Assembly: GCF_009914755.1 (NCBI RefSeq)
Contig: NC_060925.1
Reading direction: 5' to 3' (one strand)
From: the human T2T-CHM13v2.0 reference genome, Homo sapiens
Length of the DNA stretch: 64,000 nt
The notes under the pieces were generated by a model. The model had not been told where the DNA came from and searched no databases. It saw only the letters and a list, made by a program, of their open reading frames with translations. Made by a program: the position numbers and the translations under genes. Of this stretch, positions 1 to 13,292 are shown in pieces. Each line of letters starts with the position of its first letter. The stretch's first letter is position 1.

Positions 1-897
1 CACCAACAGCGACCAAGTGGAGAATCAAATCAAGAACTCAACCCCTTTTACAATAGCTGCAAAAGAAAAAATAAAAATAAAATACTTAGGAATATACCTA
101 ACCAAGGAGGTAAAAGACTTCTACAAGGAAAACTACAAAACACTACTGAAAGAAATCATAGATGACATGAACAAATGGAAACACATCCCATGCTCATGGA
201 TGGGTAGAATCAATATTGTGAAAATGACCATACTGCCAAAAGCAATCTACAAATTCAATCCAATCCCTATCAAAATGCCACCATCATTCTTCACAAAATT
301 AGAAAAAACAATTCTAAAATTCATATGGAACCAAAAAAGAGCCCACATAGCCAAAGCAAGACTAAGCAAAAAGAACAAATCTGGAGGCATCACGGTATCT
401 GATTTCAAACTATACTATAAGGCCATAGTCACCAAAGCAGCATGGTACTGGTACAAAAATAGGCACATAGACCAATCGAACAGAATAGAGAACCCAGAAA
501 TAAACCCAAACACTCACAGTCAACTGATCTTTGACAAAGCAAACAAAAACATAAAGTGGGGAAAGGACACCCTTTTCAACAAATGGTGCTGGGATAATTG
601 GCTAGCCACATGTAGGAGAGTGAAACTGGATCCTCATCTCTTACCTCAAGATGAATTAAGGACTTAAACCTAAGACCTGAAATATAAAAATTCTAGAAGA
701 TAACATTGGATAAACCCTTCTAGACATTGGCTTAGGCAAGGATTTCATGACCAAGAACCCAAAAGCAAATGCAATAAAAACAAAGATAAATAGCTGGGAC
801 CTAATTAAATTAAAGAGCTTTGGCACAGCAAAAAGAACGGTCAGCAGAGTAAACAGACAACCCACAGAGTGGGAGAAAATCTTCACAATCTATACAT
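1..897 (+). mobile_element. L1 (L1PB-like) ORF2 fragment, decayed; runs off the window start
   Basis: ORFs 17-667 and 747-956 translate to L1 ORF2p C-terminal half ([36 protein letters not shown]); frame broken by a deletion near 645; homology stops abruptly at ~897 with no 3'UTR. Confidence 0.93.
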
Positions 898-1162
898 CAG
901 GAAATACAGTCTTTCCGTGTTTTCAAGAAGAGGTGATGAGACTCGTGAGCATCTAGCTGGTCTGCCACAGTGCTTTATTACTACTCAGCCATAACTATTA
1001 AAACCCTTTTGGAACAAATAGGGATCTTAGAATTTGGATCTTACCAACCTTCTTTATAGGTTAATTTTCCTCCTCTTCTATCTTCTCCCAACTTACTCCT
1101 CTCGTTCCAACAAAAGGAGCTATGTGCTCTTCCCTGAACAATCTTCCAAGTATGTAGGTTTT

Positions 1163-1850
1163 ATACTATGCCAATTTAGCTGAACTATAACTATGAATCT
1201 CAGAATTAACGTCTGTATGGTTCTGCATTAGAGTTGGTTCCAAGAGACATTTGTGCAGGATTTGGGAGGTGGAAGCAAAGCAGCAGGCATCATGCTCAGC
1301 AGGGCAATGCAAGGCCCAGAGCCGGCTCACCTGGAAGATGTGGGACAACTGCTGGACCCACAGCTCCTCCAGCTCTTGCCACTCTTTCAACTTCTTTGAG
1401 CCCTGGGCCAGGAATAAGTGTGTTTTGTGGTGAAGAATACCAGCTTCTTCCACACGGCACCTGCACTATTAGTAAGAGACAGATGCTGGTTGCACTTTGT
1501 CTTTGTATGTTCCAACTTGTTTTTAAAGGTCTTCTTTGTCTTGTACCTTAAGGTTTGTCCTTGCTGTCTCATGATTTGTGTCCTGATTTTTTTTTAAATC
1601 TTCCACACCTGATGACCCACAGCGACTTTGGACCAACCACTAGACACAGAGACAACCACCTTCCATTGCTTTTTCCACCAGTTTCCATTTTTTGTTGTCT
1701 CTGATCAGTGACGTTTTCCTGATCCTCCATTCTTCCCCTTCCAGGCTTTTACATTCCTAGCTTCTCCAACAACTCTGTTAGGTTTAATTTCTACAATAAA
1801 TCTCTTATTCCATACCTGTCATACTGATTGTGCTTCCCTGATGGAGCCCT
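1163..1850 (+). mobile_element. Old ERVL-class solo LTR (LTR33/LTR41/LTR52-like)
   Basis: Resembles ERVL LTR ends (aataaatctcttattccat...tgtgcttccctgat..agccct); recalled similarity only. Confidence 0.4.
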
Positions 1851-2434
1851 ATATGAGGGAATGTCTCTGAGTCTTTGCATGTACTGCCTCCTCTATCTGG
1901 AATGTCTTTTTTCTTTTCTCTGTTGTGTTGTAATTCATACTTCAAGGTTGAGCACAGATATCACCTCTTTTATTAGTGTGATACTGTTCCTCTTAAGGGA
2001 CACTGTTACTTCTTCCTCTGAAGTTCTACAAGGCTCTGAACATACTTATGTTAGAAACTTCTGCTGTCTTATAATATCTTTATTAGTTCGATCGTATTTT
2101 TAAAAGAACTCTTTAAAAAATTCTTAAATTTCTATCCTTGAGAAAAAGCAGGTTTAAATAGAGAAAATAAAGAAGTAGCATTGTACCCAGGGTTGTAGAG
2201 TGGCTCTCACACAGCTCTAGTGACTTCCTGGGGTTTGCCTATTTTGTTGTTGTAGACGTCCCTGGAATCCTTGCATTTGGAGTTGTCCAGAAGTGGCATT
2301 CCTGACCTTTGATCCCCAGCCTTCCAACAGTGGTGTACATCTTCATTTCTCTATGTTAAAGATTTTCTTATTAAAAAATTGAGTGTGGTAGAGGACTGAC
2401 TTGGTAAAGGATGGGGGGACATTATGTATTTTGG

Positions 2435-2990
2435 TTCATTTAGCAGATATTTTTGAGCTCCTACTAACTGCTAGACATGGTGCTAGATCTTGCATAAACA
2501 TGACGAACAAAGTAGCAAGGTACTTACTAGCCTCATGGGGCTAGTGTGGAAGTGAGTTAAGCAAATAAACTCATATGGGATATATCTTTGTAAAGAGTGG
2601 CCAATGCTTTGAAGGCAAAGAAGAGGGTGCAGTAGGAGAGCATAGTGTGGGAGATGGGCTTGACATTAGTGGTCAAGTAAGGCCTCTCCAAGAAGTAACA
2701 CTCTTAGGCTGGGACCGGCTGGATGAGGAGACAGCTGAGCAGGGGATGTGCTGGGGAGACTGAGGCAGATGGAGTGAAGGGTTCAACCTGAGAAAAAACT
2801 GGCACATTTGAGGAACCAAAATAAGGTCACTGCAGCTGGAATGTTGGAGTGAGTGGACTTTTTTCTTTTTTCTTTTCTTTTCTTTTTTTTTTTTTTTAGT
2901 GGCTTGCAATAAATCAAGGTAGTCAGGTGGTTGGGGAGGGGAGTTGGGGAGAAGAGGCAAGTCATAGGTAGCTCGAAGCTAGATTAAGAA
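2435..2990 (-). mobile_element. L2 3' fragment
   Basis: ttcatttagcagatatttttgagctcctac...ctagacatggtgctag is the reverse complement of the L2 3' terminus, followed by G-rich L2 body. Confidence 0.7.
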
Positions 2991-3344
2991 GCACAGATTT
3001 ATATATTAAAAATCCGACTCTTTCTCGAACATAATTTTCCCCCTCATGTAAATTTTGTTTGTGTTACTATCTGTCATTTGATCAAGGAAAATAAATACTT
3101 TCTGTAGGTAAGTATTCAAAGATTATCTGAAGTCAAAATGCTTTCTCTGATTAATCTTGTTCTGTTATCTGATTGTAGCAGAACATTTTGTGTTGCACAG
3201 TTATTTGCATGCTAGTCACCTTTGGACTGGGTTATTTAATATTCACAGAAACGAATGCAGGACAGTTTGTGTGCTTGAAGAAAGTAAGTGGGAAAAAATG
3301 TTACAATTTTATAATTAACTCTTGGTTGTTGTGTAGCATTCTTG

Positions 3345-3381
3345 AATGAACTATAGAAATGATCCCTGAAAGTATAGTCTT
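3345..3381 (-). pseudogene. U3 snoRNA 5'-end retrocopy (3'-truncated, tailless) with TSD
   Basis: Minus strand reads AAGACTATACTTTCAGGGATCATTTCTATAGTTCATT, whose first 32 nt match the U3 5' end; flanked by tgtgtagcattct (3330-3342) and tgtgtaggattct (3382-3394). Confidence 0.9.
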
Positions 3382-3714
3382 TGTGTAGGATTCTCTTTGA
3401 TTAAATAGTATTATACATAATTTAAAAATATTCCAGAGATTTTTATTTATGAAGGCTGTCTGATGTTCCTAATTATTTTGAATTTATGATTCATTAAAAG
3501 CTTACACCATCATTCAACCAGAGTTACAACATTTTGCGTTGCTATGTCTATCTTAACTGTCATCAAATTCCTTTGGTCAAAGGATTTTTTCCCCTCATTT
3601 TCCAAGGCTTACCTTTTTCTTAGTTTTGCTGTCTTGTATTTTGAAGATATGTTTTTCATTCTTTCAAGTGTGTTCGTTAGGTATATGTGGTAGAGCCTAA
3701 TTTGAGGACCATGT

Positions 3715-3955
3715 GGTATGGTTAATGGTATAGTGGAAACAGCATTGGCATTGGAGTTAGGCAGACCTGGGTATGAATTCCAACTCCTCTATTTACTTAG
3801 CTATATCATATTTGTTTAGTTATTTATATTTTGAATCTTAATTTTTTTGTCTGTAAAATGGAGACAGTAATCTCTTTCTCCTAGGGTTGGCAGGACCAAG
3901 AGAGACAATGTGCATAAAACACAGCACAGTGCCTACCACTTGGCAGGTGCTAGAC
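3715..3955 (+). mobile_element. MIR SINE
   Basis: tagtggaaacagcattggc..ggagttaggcagacctgggt..tctgtaaaatggagacagtaa MIR core. Confidence 0.8.
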
Positions 3956-4317
3956 TGTGTATGTAGTCTTTGGCAGATCAGATAGCATTTCTTAGAATTA
4001 TATTTCTAATAGAAGAAATAGATCTGCACTGATTCTTCTGTGTTCTTTTACCTTTACCTTTATGTCCAAGGACACATACTTATTTCTCACTTGGGAAAAA
4101 GGAGAGGGTTACTGCATGGAATACAAGGCTGGCTGTGGCCAGGAGGGACAACAGAATGTCACACTACCTTATTTCAGAAGACTTTACAGCTGGGGTGGGC
4201 TGCTACGGGAAGCCCAGGCCAGTGTTTAAGCAAAAGTGTGCCCCAATCTTAGGAGAAGAAAGTGTGGTTGGAAGCCGACTTAAAAAGCAAAATCCAGGGC
4301 TATAGCCAAGAAGCCAG

Positions 4318-4600
4318 GTTATTCATTAAAAAAACATTGATTGGGAAACTTCCATGTGTCAGGCACTATGCTAAACACTGGGTTTACTAAGTGGGGCACA
4401 GTGTGCCAAAGAGTTTATGATGTAGAGAGGAGTCCAGTAATTACAACACAGGGTGGTAAGTGCTACCATAGTTATGCGAAGCAGGGAAATGGCAGGGATC
4501 TGAGAATTTGAAGGTGAGATGGCCATTTTATATTGCTAGGAGGGGGCTGAGAGAAACGGCTCAAGAAAGCCACACCTAGGCCAAGAATAAAATGAAAAGT
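4318..4600 (-). mobile_element. L2 3' fragment
   Basis: ttattcattaaaaaaacattgattggg..ccatgtgtcaggcactatgctaaacactgg. Confidence 0.7.
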
Positions 4601-7600
4601 TGAACAATAAGAAGATAAATTGTGGGTCACTTGGTGAAGAATGGGTTCTGAGCCACTGTGGTTTCTGGTCCTTAAAGGGGGCAAGGAGTAAAGCAAGCAA
4701 GGTAATGAGATTGATTCCGATAGCACCTATGGGATGCTCTCTGGAGGGCCAGACATTACTCAAAGAACAGAGAGATGCTGCCTGGGCCATAGGAAACCGA
4801 AACCTTGACCTTGCTTTCATTGACTTGAAGTAGAGATTATTTAAACAGTGCCAGTGACCTGAAATAGTTTGTATGTAAGTTCTGTTGGATGTAGCTGAAA
4901 AACAGGATAATATTTACTTACAGGGTAATAAAAGTTGATATTGATTTTACAGGATGGGAAAAATGGCAGTGAACTACTTCTTATTCTGGAAATTATAGTG
5001 CACCAGTGTATTTGGGAACATTTTTGAATCTTGGTTAAGTATTCTAAATCCTAACTGGAATCTCCTCATTAAGGATTTTTTTCATGGTTGTGGGAGACTA
5101 AGAGATGGATTAAATTAGTTTATTTCTGTTCACCTTGCCTGGCAATGTCTGGCTGCACAGATGTAGTGTGAATGTATCCTCCAGATGTTGATGTACAAGA
5201 GAACACATAGCTCCTCTGTGGGAATGGAAGATCAGTCATTAGTTCAGCACTGGTTATTGTAATTCTATTTTTCTTTAAAATGCACTCTCAGGAGACCTAT
5301 CTCTGTGATTGCCTGAGGAAAGATGCAGCTGAGAGAGTAATGGTATTTATCAGAAACTAGAGACATTTGGCATCTTTCTCTGCAGACAAAGTTTGTCAGG
5401 TTGATTTCCTAGTAAAGATTCACTTGAGAATAAGCAGGAATACTAACTTGTGTTTACATTATGAATTTCAGAATAACTGCATTCCAAAATGTTCTCAGTA
5501 TCATAATTCTGGGAAAGTGAGGATTTATATAGAAAATACTTGATCTACTTTTTACTACAGTCTATTCCTGTAATTCCTATGGTTCTCCATTCTTACATTT
5601 TATAGACACAACTATTTAAGGCAGTAAATATCTGGAAGTTATCTGAGAGGTGAATCACAGGTACTCACTAGTTGAATTATTAAAATCTGTAAATGTAATT
5701 TAAAAACCATTAGGGGATCTAAAAGTCACCATTTCAGCACATCACTCCTTTCTGATTATTACATAGAGAACTCTGTTATCTGGCTTGTTGTTTTAAGCCA
5801 CCAAGTTTTGGGGTAATTTGTCATGCAACAATAAATAACAGAAACTGTGGATCAAATAGCACCTGGTTTATGATGGGTAGCTGGAGTCTCATTCAAGCAT
5901 TTTATTTCAACTATGCCCAGTAGCAAGCAGGGAGCTATTTCTTAAAAGGTAAAACTGAAGTTATCAGCAGAGGAGAACCCCAGGGGTGTTTGCTGTGATT
6001 CCTTTATTAGGGATTGCCAGAGACTCCCTGCCATGTCTTTCTTTACCACAGGCACATGGAGTTCCCCTGGATTTCCTGGTCATGAGGAGTGGGTAGCAGG
6101 ATGAAGCGCCTCCAAGCTTGGACCTCCTGCAGAGACTTCTTTAGTTCTGGCCCCACTCAAAACTAGCAGCCTTAGGGCTATTCGGTAAGTGAGTCAGAGC
6201 ACCATGTCAACATGCGAGATCAGTTGTCTCCTATACCCAAAACAAGGCTGAATTTCTTTCCAGGGGTTATAATTTATTCTCCCACTGGCAGTTTATGAGA
6301 ACCCCCAGCCCTTCACATCCTTACACATGCTGGTTATTGAGCTATCTTTTAATGTTTGCCAATCTCTTGGGTGTCAAATAAAATCTCATTGTGTTGTTGA
6401 TGCATTTTGCTGGTTACTAATGAGGTTGAACCTCTTTTTTACATTTTTTATTGGCAGTTTTATTTCTTCTTGTTGGAAACATCTGTTTATGAATTTTACC
6501 CCCTCTTTCTATTGGATTGTTCATCTTTCTTATAGCTTTTTTGATGTCATTTATATATTTTGGGTAGAATCCGCATTTGCTTACTTTCTCTTGGCTAGAA
6601 AAAATAAATGGTGAGCTACAGTGAAGAAGATTCCCTTGTCAAGGGATCTACCGTATTTTCCTGGCTGCTACTTCCCTTTTCCATCTACTTATTGCTTCAT
6701 TGAGGTGATTAGTGAATTTTCCCAGGACTTTGTCACCTTACCTTTTGCCCCACGTACTGCTTGAGAATGGGTTTGGTGGATTGGCGAGGTTAGGAGGAGA
6801 GTGTAGTGGGAGGAAACAGCTTGATTTCTGGAATCTTTCTATTTCTCTTTGACTAGTCATTGTTTTAAATGTTGACTTGAAGTTGTGTCCCTTGTTTTGA
6901 GTGTGCCTGGTTTTTAACATGTATTTGGTATTCATTTTGTTAGGTTTGACTGGGCAATGGCCTGTATTCTGGCTTTATTCTTCCATTTGACCCTGGAAGT
7001 CTCTGGGACTACTTTTGAGGCTGCCCTTGATGTTAATTTTAAACGGACGCTCTCAGGGTAACAATGTTGGAGAGAAGAGATTACTTTTACCCTTGGCTCT
7101 GTGTTTCTATAGTATGGCCCTGACAGTGGATGCAAGACTCAGCTAGAAGATGTTGGGGTGGAGACGGATTTCACATACCATAAACTTGACAGTGTAAAAA
7201 TGAAACCTCTCCTTCCCTCTCTAACTAAAAATGTCTAGCCTGAACCCCTATTCTGTCTGAGGCAGAAATCTTAATCCAACAACTTAGCAATAGTGTCAAG
7301 CACTTTTGACATTTTTTCTCACATATTTCAGGTTTAAACTTAGTTAACTTTAAGATTTTTAACACTGCTTTCTTCAATTTTCTTGCTTCTGGGGTTGATG
7401 CCAAGCTTGGCTTGGGGAGGGGTGCAAATGCCATCTCAGATAGGTGGGAGATTCCCATATCTCCTTCAAAAGCATCTTGGTCTCTGTTGCTGTCTTCTGG
7501 GAATGTGCTGTCTTGCTGAGCCTTGAGTGTCTCACCCAAGCTACCCATTTCCCATCCAGTGCTTAGCCCCATGACCCCATCTCTGCATTCTCATTCCTAG

Positions 7601-7602
7601 CT

Positions 7603-8240
7603 GTGTTTATTAGTTTTCTATTACTACGTAAGTGACTGCAAACCTAGTGGTTTAAAGCAACACCCCAATATTATTTCACAATTTCTATGGGTAGGAATTC
7701 TGGGCACTGTTGAGCTGAGCCCTCTGCTTAATGTCTCACAAGGCTGAAATCAAGGGGTCAGCCAGGCTGTGTTCTCACTCAGAAGCTCTGGGGAAGAATC
7801 TGCTTCTACGCTCATTCAGGCTGTTGGCAGAATTTATTCCCTTGTGGTTGTATGACTGGCTTTTTGTCTTCTTGCTAGGAGCCAGTTGGGAACATCTCTC
7901 AGCTTTAGGACGGCCTTCAGAGCCTTTCCTGTGGCCCTCACAGGCTTCCTCACATACCACCCTTGGCTTGTTCCAGGCCAGCAGAATAATCTCTCTTACC
8001 TTCAATCTCAGGGCTCATCTGATTACATCACACCTCCCAAGATAATCTCCCTTTTTATTAACTCAAAGTCAACTGATTAGGCACCTTAATTACATCTTCA
8101 AATTCCTTTCACTTTTGCCATGTAAGATAAGCTAATCATACTTGTAAAATCTTGTCACATTCACAAGTTCTACCCACACTCAAAGGCTGACACCAGGGGC
8201 TGGGAATCTTGGGACTGTTTCAGAAGTCTGCCGACCCCAC
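7603..8240 (-). mobile_element. MLT1 (ERVL-MaLR) LTR
   Basis: tgtgtttattagttttcta..aaacctagtggtttaaagcaaca..ggctgaaatcaaggggtcagccaggctg typical of antisense MLT1. Confidence 0.8.
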
Positions 8241-9719
8241 TGTTGGACCCTTGAAGTTATAGTTTTTCTGCTAGCTTTTATATCTCCCTTGGCTCTGGGG
8301 CATGGGAATTTCAGACATTGTGCTGTGCCACTCAGGGACTTGGAGGAAACTCAGGGCTCTATACACTCCTGTTCTGTAGTCTACCTTTCTTGTCTGTAGC
8401 TGACAGAACTGCAGGGCTGAAGGCCCTCTCACTAAGGTCCATCTCATATCCTCAGGCTTACAGGAGAACCACCTCCTTTTAATCCCACAAGTCTGTGGGT
8501 GGGGTGGGCAAAGAATAGGACTCATCTTTTGCTTTATCTCCAAACTCTTGCTACCTCCTCTAATTCATAAAGGTTTTATTTACTCTTCCCACTGGGGGAT
8601 GGGGAGAGACAGAAGGCATGGCTAGTTAAATAGTCTTTGAAATGTATTGCTTATGCCAAGTCTTCATGTCTGAAAGCTTAAAAGCTAAAAATTAACTTCT
8701 TTTGCCTCAATTTGCATTTCAACTATGGTCTAGCTTTTCTGGGGGCAGCAGAGGCCAGGATTAGTTTAAAGTGGGGGTGGGAGCTACAGGGTAAACAAAG
8801 GGATTGCAAGGCTATCTCATGTCTCTCTCTCCCCTGTTGTTTGTGGGTTAATACTTCATAAACAACCTGTCACAATAGTTTCGAAAACAGTCTAGGTTTT
8901 CTAAATCATTTTGAGAACTGGATTAGTTCCATGTAAATATTTATGCCTCATCTACTATATTCTTTATCTATGAACATTTTTTCCCTTTCTCAGAGCGAGT
9001 GGAAACCCCAGAGAAGGGCAAATTGAAACAATTCTAGAAATTAACAAAATGTTAATTAAGTTTTCCCTTGCTGAGGGGAGAGTAAAGTTTGGCAGTGTTT
9101 CAGAGACGATAAAGGACTTGTGCTTGTACTAATTAAGAATATTACTCAAGTGAAATAATTGGAAGTCAATAGAAACCCCAAAGCTTAGTAAATGTAGAGA
9201 ACGGTGTTGGGTTGGAATCAAAAGGGTAAAAGGATATGTCCAAAAAGCAGTTGGTATTTTTCACCGGAATAGTTACGTTAGGGCAATTTTGCGCTTAGCT
9301 ACTAACCAGTACTTCTCTCCATCCCTACCCTCATTATCCAGGCTTGATTGTCACATAAACAACCTGCTAATCTATAGCCATGATGGAAGTCATGGAAAAA
9401 TCTCAAAGGAGCACACTTTAAACTCAGTTGGCTTGTTTTCTCAAAGCCACATAGGAACATTTTCAGGCTGTTAATTCACCAGGCAGAGCTTCCACGGCAT
9501 TTCTCTTTTTCCTTTCCCATTTTTCTGCCCTCCTGACTACCTTCTTCATGTTCTTGCATCCAATTTCTAAAAGTATAGGTTTATCCTGGGAAAAGTCTAT
9601 CTCATTTCTACATGGCTCATTTTAGAACCCTCATAGCTTTCTGATTTTTAAATTATATATTTTTTTCCCTTCTGAATTTTTCTTTGCTTTACCTGGATAG
9701 TATTACCTTACTGTTGAGG

Positions 9720-9965
9720 AGTAAATTTTTATCTTTGTATCTCCAACATTGATATGAACATCTGGAAAATAGTAGTTGCTAAAATATTTGTTTAATATGA
9801 ATTCATCAATGAAAGACATATCTACTTACTTGTCTGACTGTCTCCCCACTAAACATAAGCACTTTGAAGGTAAGGACCTGTTTTATTCATTTTTGGATCC
9901 CTAGTGTCTAACATAATGCTTGGTATATCATAGATTCTCAAGCAAAGTTTACTGAAAAAATGAGT
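9720..9965 (+). mobile_element. Two L2 3'-terminal fragments
   Basis: tgtctccccactaaacataagcactttgaaggtaaggacc..cctagtgtctaacataatgcttgg. Confidence 0.6.
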
Positions 9966-11748
9966 AATAATCAGGAGTTTATACATGTATCTCAGTATAC
10001 TATAAAGCAATAATTAGCTCTGATGTTATAATTTCAGAATATACTACTGTAGAAGTAGGTAAGGAAAGGTGACTGCATTGGTCTTCAAACAGTTGCTGTG
10101 AAGTTAGGCAGAAAAGGGATGCAAAGAGAAATAATTTTTTTAAAGAGATTACAAGTAAGTGTTCTCTCTCTATGCAATCTTTACAAAATCAAGCACATTT
10201 CCGATCCAAGGCAGAGAACGAGTATTTCCTTTACTTTCCTTGAGATGAAATACAAACTTTAAATGCTTCCTTGAAAATTATGAAATCCTTTCAACCAAAT
10301 GGCTGCAGGGAGTTGAAATCTGAGCTGACGTCTGAGTCAGACAGTTGGATTAGTTTTCATGAGTAGTACTACTTGTGCCATTGCTGATTTGGTAACCACC
10401 TCAGAGCCTACCCTATTTATTCCCAGCATGGACCTAAATCCACTTCAGCCAAAAATGAACAAAGAAATGATGAAGAACAGAGCCTGTTTCTTTCTCAGTG
10501 GTGTACTCAGGTTTGAAAATAAGACAAAATGATTGTCTGCTTGTTTTCTGTTTCCCTCAAGTTTCTGAAAGGTCTTAACTCTTTCCTTCACCTTTTCCCG
10601 TAGTTTCCTATACATTTTAATTATCTGGATATAGCCATTGTCCTGCCATGTTGAACCTTGTAGAGTTGGCTTTTCTGTGATATTTCTAGATAATTAAGGT
10701 GGTAATCAGTTTGATTCCAAATGTGCTACATTTTATGCTTATCAATCAAGATGTCCAAATTAATAACAACATATCCAAATTTGAATGGTTTCTCAATTTC
10801 TTTGGAGTAGTGTTACAGGAAGACGATATGTTTTAGAATCATACATATCTTTTTGAATTCTGTTTTTGTTACTACAAGGTATGAAGTCTTGAGTACATAT
10901 CTTAATATTTCCGAATCGGAAAATGTGGAAAATAACTCTATCATAGGAATTGCTTGAGATTTAAGTAAGTTAAAAGGCCTTAATAAATGATACATGGTTT
11001 TCTCCTAAGCAAACACTTCAACTAATATTGAAGTTTAATACTGATTCTCTAATCTTACTTTTAAAAAGCATGGTTAATAACCAATATTAGCATAAGTAAA
11101 TGCAGGAAAAGTTAGCAATAAGAAATTAAGATTTTGTGACATTTAAAATTAATATTTTAGTGATATAACTATTATCTGCAAATTACTTTGAGTAGTTGCA
11201 GAGAAAGTGACAATCCATGTTTAATATAATATTTTATTTTACTAATGAAGAAAGTGTATTGAACAAGGAGTTGATTGACTTGCTCAAGATCACACAGTTA
11301 AAGGCAAGCCTAGGTAGATTAATGGATTTCTAGTTGAGGGCTAATACAGTGTATCCAGTAATTTCTCACTTCTATCCTCCTCTTTCAGTTTGCACAGTCT
11401 TCATCCCACTTCAGAACCTTGCTGTTACTCACTTGGACTACATCAAAAGCATCCTAATTGGCACCTCTGATCCAAGTTGTTCTTCTCTCCAGCTCGTCCT
11501 CCTTGGTGTGGTCAGATTAATCAGACTGTTACATTTACTTGCTCAGAAACCTCTACTGGTTGCCTAGTGTCTACTAAGTGAATTCCAAACTTACTAGCCT
11601 GGCACTCAATATCTTTCACACTATAGCCTCAGGTTCATACATTTAACTAACAAGTACTTATTGAGTGCCTACTATGTGCCAGACTGGTCTAGGTGCTGGG
11701 ATATAAGAGATATATAGTCTCTGCCCTTACTGAGCTTATATTCTAGTT

Positions 11749-12754
11749 CAGCGGTTCTCAAAGTGTAATCGGGGGACCCTGAGGGTCTCTGAGACCCTGT
11801 TAGGTGTCTGCCAAGTCAAAATGATTTGTTATGATGTTATTTGTCATTTTCTCATTAAAAAAAGTATGTACAGTGAAGTTTTCCAGAGGCTACCTGACAT
11901 GTGATATCACAAACAGACTGAATATAGAAGCAGACATAGGAAACCAGTTGTCTTCTATGAAGCCAGACATTAAGGAGCATCACAAAAATGCAAAGCAATG
12001 CCACTCTTGTAATTTTTTTTGTTTGAAAGATAGTTTTTTCCATGAATATATGTGTAATGGTTAATGTTAGGTATCAGTTTGACTGGGTTAAGGGATATCC
12101 AAATAGCTGGTAAAGCATTATTTCTGGGCATGTCTGTGAGGTTGTTTCTGGAAGTGATTGGCATTTGAATCAGTGAGCTGAGTAAGGAAGATCTGCCCTC
12201 ACCAAATGTGGGCAGGTATCATCCAATCCATTGAGGGCTCAGATAGAACAAAAGAGCAGAGGAAAGGCAAATTTACCTTCTGGAGCTGGGGCATCCATTT
12301 TCTCCTGCCCTTGGACATCAGAACTCCAGACGTCTGGGCCTTGGGACTTTGGGACTTACACCCTCCACTCCCTTGGTTCTTGGGCCCTGTACTTAGAATG
12401 AATCATACCACCAGCTTCCCTTGTTTTCCAGCTTGCAGATGGCATAAGATGGGACTTGTTGGGCTCCATAATCACGTGAGCCAATTCCCATAATAAATCA
12501 CCTCTTATACACACACACACACCCCCACACACCCACACACTATAAGTTCCGTTTCTCCAGAGAACTCTGACCCATACAATATGTTAAACATGTAATGGAT
12601 TTATTGTAAAAATGAATAAATATTTAGCTATTTAAAATTTTCTCAATTTAACTGTCTGGTACAGTAAGTATTTATAGATATAACTCACATAAACAAAAGC
12701 TCTTTGGGGCTTTTACTAATTTTTGATAATGACCAAAAAGTTTGAGAACTTTTA
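11749..12754 (+). mobile_element. hAT-Charlie DNA transposon (Charlie4-like), inserted in an L2 and split by an MLT2 LTR
   Basis: Termini cagcggttctcaaa / tttgagaactttta; 8-bp TSD-like ttctagtt (11741-11748) / ttttagta (12755-12762); internal ttttccagaggctac..gcagacataggaaaccag. Confidence 0.7.
12053..12578 (+). mobile_element. MLT2 (ERVL) solo LTR
   Basis: TG...CA termini, MLT2-type start tgtaatggttaatgttagg, AATAAA followed by (CA)n, perfect 5-bp TSD atatg at 12048-12052 and 12579-12583. Confidence 0.9.
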
Positions 12755-13292
12755 TTTTAGTAATTCTAGAAAATAAACAGACAATATAAAGTCAATATAA
12801 TAATATACTGTCAGCTAGTGACAAAGGTCATGAAATAAAATGCAGCAGGATAAACAAATAGGTCCACTGGGTGTCAGTAACAATCACTGTCTACAACCTG
12901 TGCTCCTATTAAACTCAATCATCTAACATTCCCAGAACACAATTCATGCTTTTCCACTTCCATGTCTTTGTAATGCTGTTCCTTCTGCCTAGCTTGCCTT
13001 TCATCTCCTATTTCAATGCCTCCTCACTTTCATCTGTCACAATTCTATTCTTCTTTGAAGACCTGTCTCAAATATCACCTGAACGATGATTCCTTCTCTT
13101 ATGTTCTTCTAACAGAAGTGATTTGTTTCCCTTTTATTTTTTCCATCTTCAATGATATTTTGTTCAATCTCTCTTGTGAAACTCATAATTTTCTGCTTTG
13201 TAAAAAGTATACTACTCATATCCTTCTCAAGTTTATGATATTTCTTAAAGTTGAGTACTATTTCCTATTTCCTCTGAATATGTTGTCTTTTC

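Noticed and set aside
1-897. Abrupt L1 end as another twin-priming junction
   Set aside because: The partner segment and TSD would lie left of the window, so it is untestable here.
3249-3283. 35-nt exon-like unit (cacag|...|gtaagt; TNAGQFVCLKK or NECRTVCVLEE)
   Set aside because: Weak polypyrimidine tract, no recognised protein and no compatible neighbouring coding exons.
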